IMG/VR virus record: IMGVR_UViG_3300046514_000858
Coordinates: 1 to 64,000 of that record
DNA: 64,000 nt
Strand: one strand, 5' to 3'
From: a virus
Shown: positions 38,090 through 46,710 of the stretch, piece after piece
Numbering within the stretch: the first letter of the stretch is position 1
How the letters are laid out: every line of letters begins with the position of its first letter
Translations under genes and position numbers: made by a program
Notes under the pieces: model-generated
The model's input: only the letters and a program-made list of their open reading frames with translations
Databases searched by the model: none
Told to the model about the DNA's origin: nothing

Positions 38090-38767
38090 ATGAGGATGCT
38101 GCTGGCCCTCCTATTCCTGATCCCGCAGGACTGCGAACAAGAGCACCCCAACCGCGACGGCCTGAGTACGGACGATCTCGTCGAGGCCCTCGAAGCGGCC
38201 GATATAGACGCGGCCAACTGGCGGGCGTCGTACCATCGCATTGACTTAGAGAACGACGAGATCATAGCGCGCATGTCGCTCGTCTCCGCCGAGTGGGAGT
38301 TCATGGTCAATGAGTGCGAGCGCGCGGGACAGGCCCACGTCCTGAACACTCTTGAGCGCGTGCTGGTGCAGCGCTTTATCGAACCTCTCGATCTCTGGAT
38401 GTCGAATCCCCATGTGACGGGCCATCCCTTCCCTCGCTTCGTCGACGGCGAGTGCTGGTACGCCATCGTGATCCAGCCTCTGGACGCACTGAAGAGCGAT
38501 CCGGTCTGGCTGAAGTTCCCGCTGGAGACGAAGAAATACGGCAGCGCCCTCGGTTATGGAGACGATAAGAACGAGAGCATCCTCCAGCTCCACTACAAGC
38601 GCACGATGCGCAAGAGCATCTTGGATTCGCTGGAGCACCATCTCGTGCTGCTATTGGACCAGCCCGAGTGCGTCACCACACTCATCACCGGAACGCCGCA
38701 CCTCTACCGCCTGACCTTCCGGGAGAGCAACATAGAGCATCTCCGCAAGGAAGATCGGATCTATTGA
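38090..38767 (+). CDS. signal-peptide hypothetical protein
   Basis: MRMLLALLFLIPQD; leaderless Class II start. Confidence 0.6.
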   Translation: MRMLLALLFLIPQDCEQEHPNRDGLSTDDLVEALEAADIDAANWRASYHRIDLENDEIIARMSLVSAEWEFMVNECERAGQAHVLNTLERVLVQRFIEPLDLWMSNPHVTGHPFPRFVDGECWYAIVIQPLDALKSDPVWLKFPLETKKYGSALGYGDDKNESILQLHYKRTMRKSILDSLEHHLVLLLDQPECVTTLITGTPHLYRLTFRESNIEHLRKEDRIY

Positions 38768-39219
38768 TGGGCGCGCACATCCTTGGCGATTTCCGCACGC
38801 AGCCGCACTGCGAATTGCCCGAGTCCTACTTCACCGGCCGAGACTGCTGGGTCGACTGTCGCGCGCCCGACATGTTGCACATCTCCCGGGACTGCAACAT
38901 CGGCTGGGAGGCCCGGCTGGTCTGTCAGTCCCACAACCCGATGCCCGGCAAGTTCGGCGACGTGACCGCGCGCTCGATTATCATTCGGCCCAAGGCGTTT
39001 ATCGCCGGGTTCGCGACGCTCTACAACTGCGAGATCGGCGAGGGGTCTGTCGTGGCGCTCGGGGCCGTGGTGAGAAGTCGGATCGTGCCGCCGTGGGTGA
39101 TCGTCGAGGGGAATCCGGCGCGCATCGTGAGCAGCTTCGACCATGTGCTCGGGAAGTGGGTCGAGGTGCCGGGGGAATCAGGACTTGGGGAGAACCTTCC
39201 AATGCGTCATCGGCGGTAG
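38767..39219 (+). CDS. left-handed beta-helix O-acetyltransferase
   Basis: EIGEGSVVALGAVV...VPP..IVEGNPARIV. Confidence 0.8.
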   Translation: MGAHILGDFRTQPHCELPESYFTGRDCWVDCRAPDMLHISRDCNIGWEARLVCQSHNPMPGKFGDVTARSIIIRPKAFIAGFATLYNCEIGEGSVVALGAVVRSRIVPPWVIVEGNPARIVSSFDHVLGKWVEVPGESGLGENLPMRHRR

Positions 39220-39729
39220 GACCTCGCCATCGGGCACGACGATCCCGTAGCCCGCGACCGGCACGGGCACCGAGTAGTCGGGCACGATCACCCGGCCGTA
39301 CTGCTGGAGCACCGCGGGCGGGACCTTGTGGCATCCGGCCTGCCCGCAATCCAAGTCGACGTTGTTGACGTAGAGGATCCCTTCCGGGAAACGATTGTGG
39401 ACGATAGCCAGCTCTTCGCCGAGCGGTCTCTCCGATCCCCACGTCGTGTCGAAGTAAAACACCGACGGCCGGGGCGCGTCGACCTCGCGCAGGTATTCAA
39501 CGGAGCTGGCGACCTTGAGCTGCAGCCACGGGTACCGGCCCCGCGCGATCTCCAGCGTCTCGGCGTTGATGTCGCATCCCATCCCGATCTTGCCGGGCAC
39601 GAGCTCCGAGAAGTACCCGACGGTCTCGCCCTCGTGCACGCCGACCTCGACCCAACCCTTGATCTGGAACCGGCCGATCATCCAACCCGTGATGCACATG
39701 CGCTGGAAATTGTCTTGATGAGTGGTCAC
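39178..39729 (-). CDS. class I SAM methyltransferase-like protein (glycan-associated type)
   Basis: VEVGVHEGET...GCDIN...SS..YL...FYFD; late motif on the minus strand at 39741-39735. Confidence 0.6.
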   Translation of the reverse strand: MTTHQDNFQRMCITGWMIGRFQIKGWVEVGVHEGETVGYFSELVPGKIGMGCDINAETLEIARGRYPWLQLKVASSVEYLREVDAPRPSVFYFDTTWGSERPLGEELAIVHNRFPEGILYVNNVDLDCGQAGCHKVPPAVLQQYGRVIVPDYSVPVPVAGYGIVVPDGEVLPPMTHWKVLPKS

Positions 39730-39734
39730 GTAAT

Positions 39735-39750
39735 CTTGGACCAGTCCAAG
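39735..39750. promoter_or_regulatory. back-to-back divergent late promoters
   Basis: CTTGGAC-CA-GTCCAAG palindrome between divergent genes. Confidence 0.75.
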
Positions 39751-39770
39751 AGAATATCAAGGGAATAATT

Positions 39771-40376
39771 ATGATCGACAAAGGACTGCTGTGGGACGAC
39801 ACCAAGATGATGGGATTCTATCCCGTGATCGATCCCGTGTACGGCCCGGACTATTGGGCCAAGTACGAGGGCTACGGCAAGACGCCCATGGGCAAGGCCA
39901 TCACCGCGTGCCGGGCGTGGTTCGTGGGCCAGTGCCTGAAGCCGGACGAGCAGCTCCTTGACGTCGGCATCGGATCGGGCGACTTCGTTCGGTCCCGTCC
40001 TAACACGTTCGGGCAGGACGTGAACCCTGTCGCGCTGGCGTGGTTGCAGGGCCTCGACCTGCTCGGCAACTACGACGAGATCCCCAACTACAGTTTTTGG
40101 GACACGCTCGAACACATCTTGGACGCGAAGGGCGTCGTCGCCAAGATCAAGAATTACTGCTTCGTCTCGCTCCCGATCTTCCGCGACCGCGAGCATGTCC
40201 TGAAGAGCAAGCACTTCCGGCCCGACGAGCATTACTGGTATTGGACTGAAGTGGGTCTGATCAACTGGTTCGATGAGCAGGGCTTCGCTCTGCGCAGGAT
40301 GACTTCGATTGAGTCAGTGCTCGGCCGCGAAGACATCATGAGCTACGCCTTCCAGCGCTACGGCGTTCGGTCGTGA
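39771..40376 (+). CDS. class I SAM-dependent methyltransferase
   Basis: LLDVGIGSG.F...G.DVN...FWDTLEHI...EHYWYW. Confidence 0.8.
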   Translation: MIDKGLLWDDTKMMGFYPVIDPVYGPDYWAKYEGYGKTPMGKAITACRAWFVGQCLKPDEQLLDVGIGSGDFVRSRPNTFGQDVNPVALAWLQGLDLLGNYDEIPNYSFWDTLEHILDAKGVVAKIKNYCFVSLPIFRDREHVLKSKHFRPDEHYWYWTEVGLINWFDEQGFALRRMTSIESVLGREDIMSYAFQRYGVRS

Positions 40377-41074
40377 ACGCAGCCGTCCTTGTCCCTAGCT
40401 ACGACAAGTACGCGGACGTCTGGCCCATCGCCGAGACGTGCTTCTCCCGCTTCTGGCCCGACCGCTCCATCCCCATGTACTGGATGACGAATGGGCTTCC
40501 GGTCCCGCGCATGGCCACGGGCGTGTGCGTGCCCGCGCGCGCGAGGCAAGAGTGGGGTGAGGGCATTGCTCAGGCGCTGGACTCCGTGCCCGAGGATCTG
40601 GTGCTCTTCTGGATCGAGGAGGTCTTGCTTCTCAGTCCCGTCCCCAATCAGCGGATCATGGAAGCCATTCGTCTGATGAACGAGGATCCCACCATTCAGG
40701 TCGTCAACGTCAACCGGTACTACTACGCCGCCGCTGCGGGCGATGGCTTCATTGACGCGCCCGACAAGATGTTCGACGTGATGGCGATGCCCGCGATCTA
40801 CCGGAAGTCCGTGCTGAAGAGGCTGGTGTTAGAGAACCCGGACCCGCCGGAGTTCGAGCGCCGCTCGGCGATCAGCTTCCACAAGCTCTACCCCGACGGC
40901 CGAGTCCTGATCCCGGGCTCGAAGATGTTTCGCTTCTGCGACAACCTCATGATCATCGGCCGCTGGCGGAAGTGTGCGCTGAATCACTTGCAGGAGTTGC
41001 AGATCCCGGTCGACGCGTCCATCCGCGGCGTCGCCGATGACGACTGTCGCTTCATGAACGGGACGGATCAATAA
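40373..41074 (+). CDS. GT-A-fold glycosyltransferase-like protein
   Basis: VLVPSYDKY.DVW...F..FWPD...W...AL..V....VL...EE. Confidence 0.6.
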   Translation: MNAAVLVPSYDKYADVWPIAETCFSRFWPDRSIPMYWMTNGLPVPRMATGVCVPARARQEWGEGIAQALDSVPEDLVLFWIEEVLLLSPVPNQRIMEAIRLMNEDPTIQVVNVNRYYYAAAAGDGFIDAPDKMFDVMAMPAIYRKSVLKRLVLENPDPPEFERRSAISFHKLYPDGRVLIPGSKMFRFCDNLMIIGRWRKCALNHLQELQIPVDASIRGVADDDCRFMNGTDQ

Positions 41075-41075
41075 T

Positions 41076-41164
41076 TGGTCGCAGGTGGAGGAGTCGAACC
41101 TCTGCCCACCGCCGGAGACTTGGCCTTGGGACACGGGAGCTACCCGTCCTCCGGATCACCCGCG
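41076..41164 (-). tRNA. non-canonical tRNA-like RNA (89 nt, encoded CCA)
   Basis: CGCGGGT/ACCTGCG acceptor stem, discriminator A plus CCA, GAGG-TTCGACT-CCTC T-arm; D and anticodon arms irregular (central CAA). Confidence 0.55.
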
Positions 41165-41180
41165 ATTTGTTGTGCACCGT

Positions 41181-41344
41181 ATAGCTCTTCCGTCTATGCC
41201 CAGTAAAATTTACGACACTTGGGGTGCATCCGCACAAGGCCACATTTGCTGGCGACCCACTTCCATCCCTCCCGGAGTCTGTTTCGACACAGCCAGCAGA
41301 GCGGCAGCCTTCGTTTTCTTTTAGACTTCTTCATAGCGTTCAAT
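41181..41344 (-). repeat. 164-bp repeat, copy 2; encodes the 46-aa peptide at 41334-41194
   Basis: Reverse complement matches 15250-15413. Confidence 0.92.
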
Positions 41345-41675
41345 CGTGTGTCTGCTTACAAGCAGGGCACGGGTAACCGGGAACGTAGGCCGCCGCCTCG
41401 CACTTCGGGGTTGGACGAATCCGCTTTTCTGTTGCCGTCAGAATATCTTCCATGCTGTTCGCGGCCTGCCGGATCGTGAACCAGTGGCGTTTTAGTTCGT
41501 CAATCTGCAGGTTTGCTGTGCGCAATTCGAGGGTTCGCGTATTGGCGAGATCCCACCCCTCCTTCGCGTGCTTCTTCATCAACTCCAATTCGGCCTTGTT
41601 GCAGTAGCTTTCCGGGTGTGGCTCATGCGGTAGAGACTTGCTCCCGCAAATCTTGCACGTTCTAAAGTCGCTCAT
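41340..41675 (-). CDS. Cys-containing hypothetical protein
   Basis: MSDFRTCKICG...CPAC; coupled to the cupin gene stop. Confidence 0.5.
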   Translation of the reverse strand: MSDFRTCKICGSKSLPHEPHPESYCNKAELELMKKHAKEGWDLANTRTLELRTANLQIDELKRHWFTIRQAANSMEDILTATEKRIRPTPKCEAAAYVPGYPCPACKQTHD

Positions 41676-42145
41676 GCTTCGATCTCGTAGCGGTCGTGCC
41701 GCACCCAGCCCTTCTTGGTCCAGAACCCCCAGCTCCGGCGGATCGCGCCGCAGAAGACTAGAGTCACGATGGGGCGGCTGCTGACCCAAGTGATGGCGTG
41801 CCTGTCTTCGGCGCGCTTCCAGTTCACCCACCGGACGTGCCGCGGCTCACGGTCGGCATCACAGTCGTCGCACCGGCACGGGCCGCAGCAGGGTTCGGTC
41901 GGCACGTCCTCGACGTAGCTGCCCCAGAGCACGAGGGACAGGAACGACCACGGATGGTCGTGCAGGTCCCGCTGCTGGTCCGGGCGGTAGATCAGGTGCA
42001 GCTTGATGGAGAACCACGGGGTGAGGAGAATGTTCAGGCGGCGCATGTACACGCTGCGCCCGTCGCCGATGATCTTCCAGTACCACCAGCCCCACTTGCG
42101 AGCGGCCTTGGGGTCGGTCAGCTCGTCGCCTTCCAGCTTCTCCAT
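41672..42145 (-). CDS. cupin-fold phage protein
   Basis: LH.I...D..RDLHDHPW.F.S..L.G.Y.E...H...WGF. Confidence 0.75.
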   Translation of the reverse strand: MEKLEGDELTDPKAARKWGWWYWKIIGDGRSVYMRRLNILLTPWFSIKLHLIYRPDQQRDLHDHPWSFLSLVLWGSYVEDVPTEPCCGPCRCDDCDADREPRHVRWVNWKRAEDRHAITWVSSRPIVTLVFCGAIRRSWGFWTKKGWVRHDRYEIEA

Positions 42146-42222
42146 GTCTACAAGAACGCGCGCATTTTCCTGTAATGCGCATGGGCGTGGGTCGTCTTAT
42201 AGGCGTGATGAAAGGAGCCGAC

Positions 42223-42441
42223 ATGACCTGCGAAAACTGTGGGAAGCGCACGATCACCGCGACGTTCGTCTACTGTTGCGCCCGCGCGACTTTCCTGCCC
42301 ATCGCCTGCTCGGCCAAGTGCCAGAAGGCCCTCGGCGGTGTCGACCCGACCAAGGTCGCCGACTGCGGTGAACACTGTGCCTGCGGGGACTGCGTCGACT
42401 GTGATCTGGCGGCCCGCGACAAGGCCGCGCTCAAGAGCTAG
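42223..42441 (+). CDS. Cys-rich small protein
   Basis: Class I promoter at 42171 plus AAGGAG RBS. Confidence 0.55.
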   Translation: MTCENCGKRTITATFVYCCARATFLPIACSAKCQKALGGVDPTKVADCGEHCACGDCVDCDLAARDKAALKS

Positions 42442-42450
42442 GAGACTGCG

Positions 42451-43053
42451 ATGAAACAGTGGGATCTCCACCGGACCGAGCTACTTCAAGATCGCGAGTG
42501 GTCGAAGCTGAAGCGCTTCCTCGACGACGAGTCGGATCTCGCCGAGTTGAATGGCAACCGCACTGCCATCCAGAACCGCGTGATCTGTTACGTAGCGGTC
42601 TGGGCCGGGCTCCGGCGCGCCGAGATCGCGAGCCTCGACCTCGACGACTTGTACCTGACGAACGACTCTCCCTTCCTCGTCGTGAAGGACGGCAAGGGCG
42701 GCAAGCGCCGGGAGGTCATGATCTCCCCGATCCTCCGGGCCATCCTTAAGAAGTTCATTCGCGGCATGGAACCGGGCCCCGTCTTCCGGCCCCAGCGCGG
42801 CGAGCGGTACACGGGCAACGGCCTCTGGCGCGTGTGGGCGGTCGCCTGCGCGGGCGCGGGGATCCTGCCTCGGTCGATCCACAAGGCCCGTCACTTCTAC
42901 GGTCAGAAGCAGTACGAGGCGACCAACGATCTCCGCTTCGTCCAGAAGCAACTCGGCCACTCCCGGATCGTGACCACTCAGGTCTACGTCGAGATTTCCA
43001 ATACGAAGGCGGTGGAGAATCTGGCGGGCCTCGACAAGGTGCTGCGGGCTTAG
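42451..43053 (+). CDS. tyrosine recombinase (catalytic domain only)
   Basis: GLRRAEI, GKGGK.R, H..RH, LGHS...TQVY. Confidence 0.9.
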   Translation: MKQWDLHRTELLQDREWSKLKRFLDDESDLAELNGNRTAIQNRVICYVAVWAGLRRAEIASLDLDDLYLTNDSPFLVVKDGKGGKRREVMISPILRAILKKFIRGMEPGPVFRPQRGERYTGNGLWRVWAVACAGAGILPRSIHKARHFYGQKQYEATNDLRFVQKQLGHSRIVTTQVYVEISNTKAVENLAGLDKVLRA

Positions 43054-43337
43054 GCTATTGCGGCCTGTGGGGTGCGGTTACCTTTTATCTTATTACATTT
43101 AGCGCAGAGAACCTGCAACTTCCCTTCCTTCTCCTCCTGCTCGTAGCGCCTCACGCGGCCGAGCTGGGAGAACGCCCGGAGGTACCAGTCCCGCGGCTTC
43201 TTGTGGTCGACTTCGAGCTTGTTCTTCTTCGAGCCCTTGGTGCCGCAGTGGACGCACTTCCGACCGAGGCGATCAATGATCGCTTCCCGGCGGACCTGCG
43301 CCCGCAACGCCCGCTGTCGTGTCTCTAGGTTGCCCAC
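43050..43337 (-). CDS. HNH endonuclease
   Basis: CVHCG...LEVDH...LC.KCN..K. Confidence 0.8.
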   Translation of the reverse strand: MGNLETRQRALRAQVRREAIIDRLGRKCVHCGTKGSKKNKLEVDHKKPRDWYLRAFSQLGRVRRYEQEEKEGKLQVLCAKCNKIKGNRTPQAAIA

Positions 43338-43614
43338 TCTCTAAGGAATGCTCGGATCCTGCAGCTTTCAACGCCGCCATGATTTTCGCCATCTCTGTGG
43401 CGTCCTTGATCGTGCCCTGCTGGTCTCGCTCGGTGATGAGACGGTCGACGATCTGCCGCGGGCCCGGCCCCGGCAGGTCGACGTAGGCGTTCATGAAGAA
43501 CTCCAGCGCCGCGGCGATCACCCGGCCCCGTCCCATGCGGGTGGCCGTGCACAGATGGACCAGCACGTCGTCGGCATCTCCCACCATTTGGATTGTTTCG
43601 AGTTCGTGCTTCAT
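43273..43614 (-). CDS. hypothetical protein (possible ribbon-helix-helix)
   Basis: Leaderless Class II start; overlaps the HNH gene 5' end. Confidence 0.45.
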   Translation of the reverse strand: MKHELETIQMVGDADDVLVHLCTATRMGRGRVIAAALEFFMNAYVDLPGPGPRQIVDRLITERDQQGTIKDATEMAKIMAALKAAGSEHSLESGQPRDTTAGVAGAGPPGSDH

Positions 43615-43652
43615 ATTTACAGGAACGCTTGTGTGCGCGCGTTCTTATTGGC

Positions 43653-43991
43653 ATGGAAGCAACGCCCAAAGAAATCGCGCTGAAGACCATCGCCCGGATG
43701 CGGCCCGAAGTCGCCCGCCGGTCGCTGCTGGTGGGCCGCTGGTACAACGGCGGCTTCTACGTCGCGCCCGACTTCTCGTGCTGCTGCCCCTTCGGTGCTG
43801 GCGTGATCACCAATCCCCGCCACGCAACAGCCGAGTCCTACTGCGCGGTCGACGAGGAGGTCAGCCGCGCGTTCCGGATGGCCGGGTTCTACGACGCCGA
43901 GCAGATGCTCCTCTCCAAGTTCGTGGCCGGACTGCCCGAGCTCACGCAGGAGGAGATCCGCGCGGCCATCGCGGAGGCGATGATCCAGTGA
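43653..43991 (+). CDS. hypothetical protein
   Basis: Leaderless Class II start (CGTTCTT at 43640). Confidence 0.55.
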   Translation: MEATPKEIALKTIARMRPEVARRSLLVGRWYNGGFYVAPDFSCCCPFGAGVITNPRHATAESYCAVDEEVSRAFRMAGFYDAEQMLLSKFVAGLPELTQEEIRAAIAEAMIQ

Positions 43992-44259
43992 AGAAGATCG
44001 AGATGTTCTACGTCCAGCGCAGCACGGACGGCCACGTTTTGTACATCCGCAAGGCTCCCAACAAGCGGTGGGAGGCGAAGATCGACCAGATCCACGGGTC
44101 GGCGTACCTGTTCGAAGACATCGCGCCGGGCACAGGGGGCTGGTATTTTTTCGAGCCCGTCGTTTCTCCGACACAGATCAAGAACATCGACGTCACAGAA
44201 GTATCGCTCGTGGCGAAAGCGCCACACGGAAAAAGATTTCTATTGAAAGGAGATAGGTC

Positions 44260-44694
44260 ATGAAAAGAGGTTTCACGCTCTTTGAAGGCATGGTTGTCTT
44301 CGCCGCCGTCGCGATCCTCGCACTCCTCTTCCTGCCGTTCGTCCTGTGCCTCTTCCCGTCCGGCTGCGATCCGTCGTATTCCGACGGCGACCGGGTCGGA
44401 GTGGTGACGAAGCTGAGCCACAGGGGCCTCAGCATGAAGAGCTGGGAAGGCCAGCTCAACGTGGGGAGCACGAGTACCGACGGGAACGGTGTCGCCGTTC
44501 CCACCACATGGGCGTTCAGCGTCGAAGACGAGGCCGTCGTGCAGCGGCTCAAGGAGGTCGCCCAGACCGGCCAGCGAGCAACGCTCCACTACCACCAGTA
44601 TCTGGTCAAACCGTGGCGATTCGACACGGAATACGTGATCGACAGCGTGGACGTCGAGAAACCGGACGGCACGAACAAGAGCCTCCGACACTGA
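44260..44694 (+). CDS. membrane protein with prepilin-type N-terminus
   Basis: MKRG|FTLFE plus hydrophobic helix, then SGC and YSDG.RVG...K.S..G...WEG.L. Confidence 0.65.
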   Translation: MKRGFTLFEGMVVFAAVAILALLFLPFVLCLFPSGCDPSYSDGDRVGVVTKLSHRGLSMKSWEGQLNVGSTSTDGNGVAVPTTWAFSVEDEAVVQRLKEVAQTGQRATLHYHQYLVKPWRFDTEYVIDSVDVEKPDGTNKSLRH

Positions 44695-44710
44695 AGTACG
44701 AGTCAACCGA

Positions 44711-44741
44711 AGCCCGGGGATGCAAAGTCCCCGGGCTTTTT
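44711..44741 (+). terminator. intrinsic terminator before the late packaging operon
   Basis: AGCCCGGGGA/TCCCCGGGCT plus T-run. Confidence 0.8.
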
Positions 44742-44782
44742 CTTTGCCCCGCACCCATACCGCAGGTGCGGTCCAAGATGGT

Positions 44783-44914
44783 ATGCTCCGCGCCATCGGT
44801 CGGAAGGTCGCCATCATCGCGGCGACCATCGTGCTCACCGCCTTCATCTTCGCGTTCGCGACGGAGTTCTTCCGGGCCGTCTCGCGCACCAAGCAGGATC
44901 TGCAGGTGCCCTGA
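44783..44914 (+). CDS. 43-aa single-TM late peptide
   Basis: ATG 5 nt after GTCCAAG (44771); coupled to terL. Confidence 0.5.
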   Translation: MLRAIGRKVAIIAATIVLTAFIFAFATEFFRAVSRTKQDLQVP

Positions 44915-46710
44915 TGAAGATCACCCCGCAGATCCTCGCCAACGACGACCGCATGACGGCCGACGAGGTGGACAAGATCACCGCGGCCTACGCCGGGAAG
45001 ACCCCCGCCCAGATCGTGGCCAAGGATGAGAAGATCCTCCTCCACTACCTCAAGAATCCGCCCCAGCGCGAGATCGAGCTCTACACCTTCCTGACCGCGC
45101 TGACGCATGAGCCGATGCCGTGGCAGTCGATCTGTGAAGACCACTGCACGCCTTGGGATTTCATCTGGTACAGCTACCGGGTCGACCTGCCGCAGTTCCG
45201 GGAGAAGACGTCCCGCCATCTCATCTACGTCGGCCCCCGCGGGGGCTACAAGACCCTGTCCGTGGCGAAGCTGATCGCCGCCGAGCTCCTGCTCAAGCGC
45301 GGCTGTTGGACCGTCGGGATGGGTGCCATCGAAGCGCACGCCAAGCGCACGTACCAGTACGTTCAGCGCTACCTGTCCCACCCAGTGCTGCTGAGCCTCA
45401 AGGCCGCCGAGCTGATGACGATGGCCGAGACCAAGATGTGGAACGGCTCGGTCTACAATCAGGTCTGCGCGACGTGGGCGGGCGTGAACTCCCAGCACCC
45501 GCACAAGATGCGCACCGAGGAGAACGACCTCATCTCCGACCCCTTCATTCTAGAAGAGGCGAAGATGATGCCGAGCTCGCACGGCAAGCTGCGGGCGCAC
45601 ATGTCCTACGTCTCCTCGCGCAAGTTCGAGGACGGGATCATGGACCAGCTCGTCGCCAACGCCGATGCCAAGGGCTACGACTACATGATCTCGTGCTACA
45701 AGGACTCGGCCGAGCAGTGCACCGAGGCTCGGCACGGTGAACGCGCCGTTGCGCCGCTGGAGGTCGAGGATCTGGAAGACCCCACCAAGACGGTCATTCT
45801 CCCGCCCGACAAGATTTTCAAAAACTGTGTAACCTGCCCGATCCTGCCGTCGTGTCAGGGCGACCTCGCGCGCGCGCACGGGGCCGTCGCCATCGACGAC
45901 GTCATCTCCGACTGGCGCGTCCTCGACCGCGACGTCTGGATGTGGCAGAAGGAATGCAAGCGCACCCGGTCCTCCGCGACGTTCTTCCAGTTCTGGAACG
46001 AGCATGTGCAGGAGGGCGATTTCAACTTCCGGCCGGAGTGGGGCCCCGTCGATCTCTCCTTCGACTTCACCGGAGGCGGCGAGGATCCGACCGTCATGGG
46101 CGTCTGGCAGACCGACCCCGTGAACGACAACGATTTCATGATCGGCGAGAAGGTCTGGGACGGCGCGAAGCTGGCCGACTTCGTCTTCGCCGACGCCATC
46201 GAATATCTGCAGAAGCTGGGCGTGCAGTCCATCCGCAACATGATGGGCGACTCGGCCGCCCAGACGTGGATCAACGAGCTCAACAGCAAGATCAACCCGG
46301 CGACCGGCAAGGAGTTCTTCCACATCAAGCCGGTCAAGAAGATCGAGCGGGTCGAGGGCTGGAAGCTGATGCGCCAGCGGGTCCGGGACAATTCCGGCTG
46401 GCACCACATCTTCGCGAACAAGAAGGAGTGCCCGCTCTTCTGTGCTGAGGTCCGGCGGGCGAAGAAGCACAAGACCATCAAGGACGACATCCCCAAGAGC
46501 TGCTCCGACCACTCCCTCGACCAGTGCCGGTACCGGCTGGTGGAGCTACGGTACAGCGGTCTCCGGCAGCCCAACATCCGATTCGTGGGGGAGGGGCACA
46601 CCTACCGAAGTGACCCCGCAGCCATCGCCGACCAGCGGTCCAAGGATTCAGCGAGCGGTGCAGGTCTGACCCGCATGCTCCACCTTGACCCTGATCTGGA
46701 CGACGAGTAA
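44914..46710 (+). CDS. terL: terminase large subunit
   Basis: GPRGGYKT Walker A, EEND Walker B-like, acidic nuclease residues (SFDF, GDSA, DHSLD..RY); precedes the portal gene. Confidence 0.85.
   Translation: MKITPQILANDDRMTADEVDKITAAYAGKTPAQIVAKDEKILLHYLKNPPQREIELYTFLTALTHEPMPWQSICEDHCTPWDFIWYSYRVDLPQFREKTSRHLIYVGPRGGYKTLSVAKLIAAELLLKRGCWTVGMGAIEAHAKRTYQYVQRYLSHPVLLSLKAAELMTMAETKMWNGSVYNQVCATWAGVNSQHPHKMRTEENDLISDPFILEEAKMMPSSHGKLRAHMSYVSSRKFEDGIMDQLVANADAKGYDYMISCYKDSAEQCTEARHGERAVAPLEVEDLEDPTKTVILPPDKIFKNCVTCPILPSCQGDLARAHGAVAIDDVISDWRVLDRDVWMWQKECKRTRSSATFFQFWNEHVQEGDFNFRPEWGPVDLSFDFTGGGEDPTVMGVWQTDPVNDNDFMIGEKVWDGAKLADFVFADAIEYLQKLGVQSIRNMMGDSAAQTWINELNSKINPATGKEFFHIKPVKKIERVEGWKLMRQRVRDNSGWHHIFANKKECPLFCAEVRRAKKHKTIKDDIPKSCSDHSLDQCRYRLVELRYSGLRQPNIRFVGEGHTYRSDPAAIADQRSKDSASGAGLTRMLHLDPDLDDE

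Noticed and set aside
40118-40124. Minus-strand GTCCAAG inside the methyltransferase gene as a late promoter
   Set aside because: Lacks the downstream YR step and points antisense into a gene
15250-41344. 164-bp repeat pair as a DGR template/variable repeat
   Set aside because: Differences are not adenine-specific, are mostly synonymous transitions, and no reverse transcriptase is in the window
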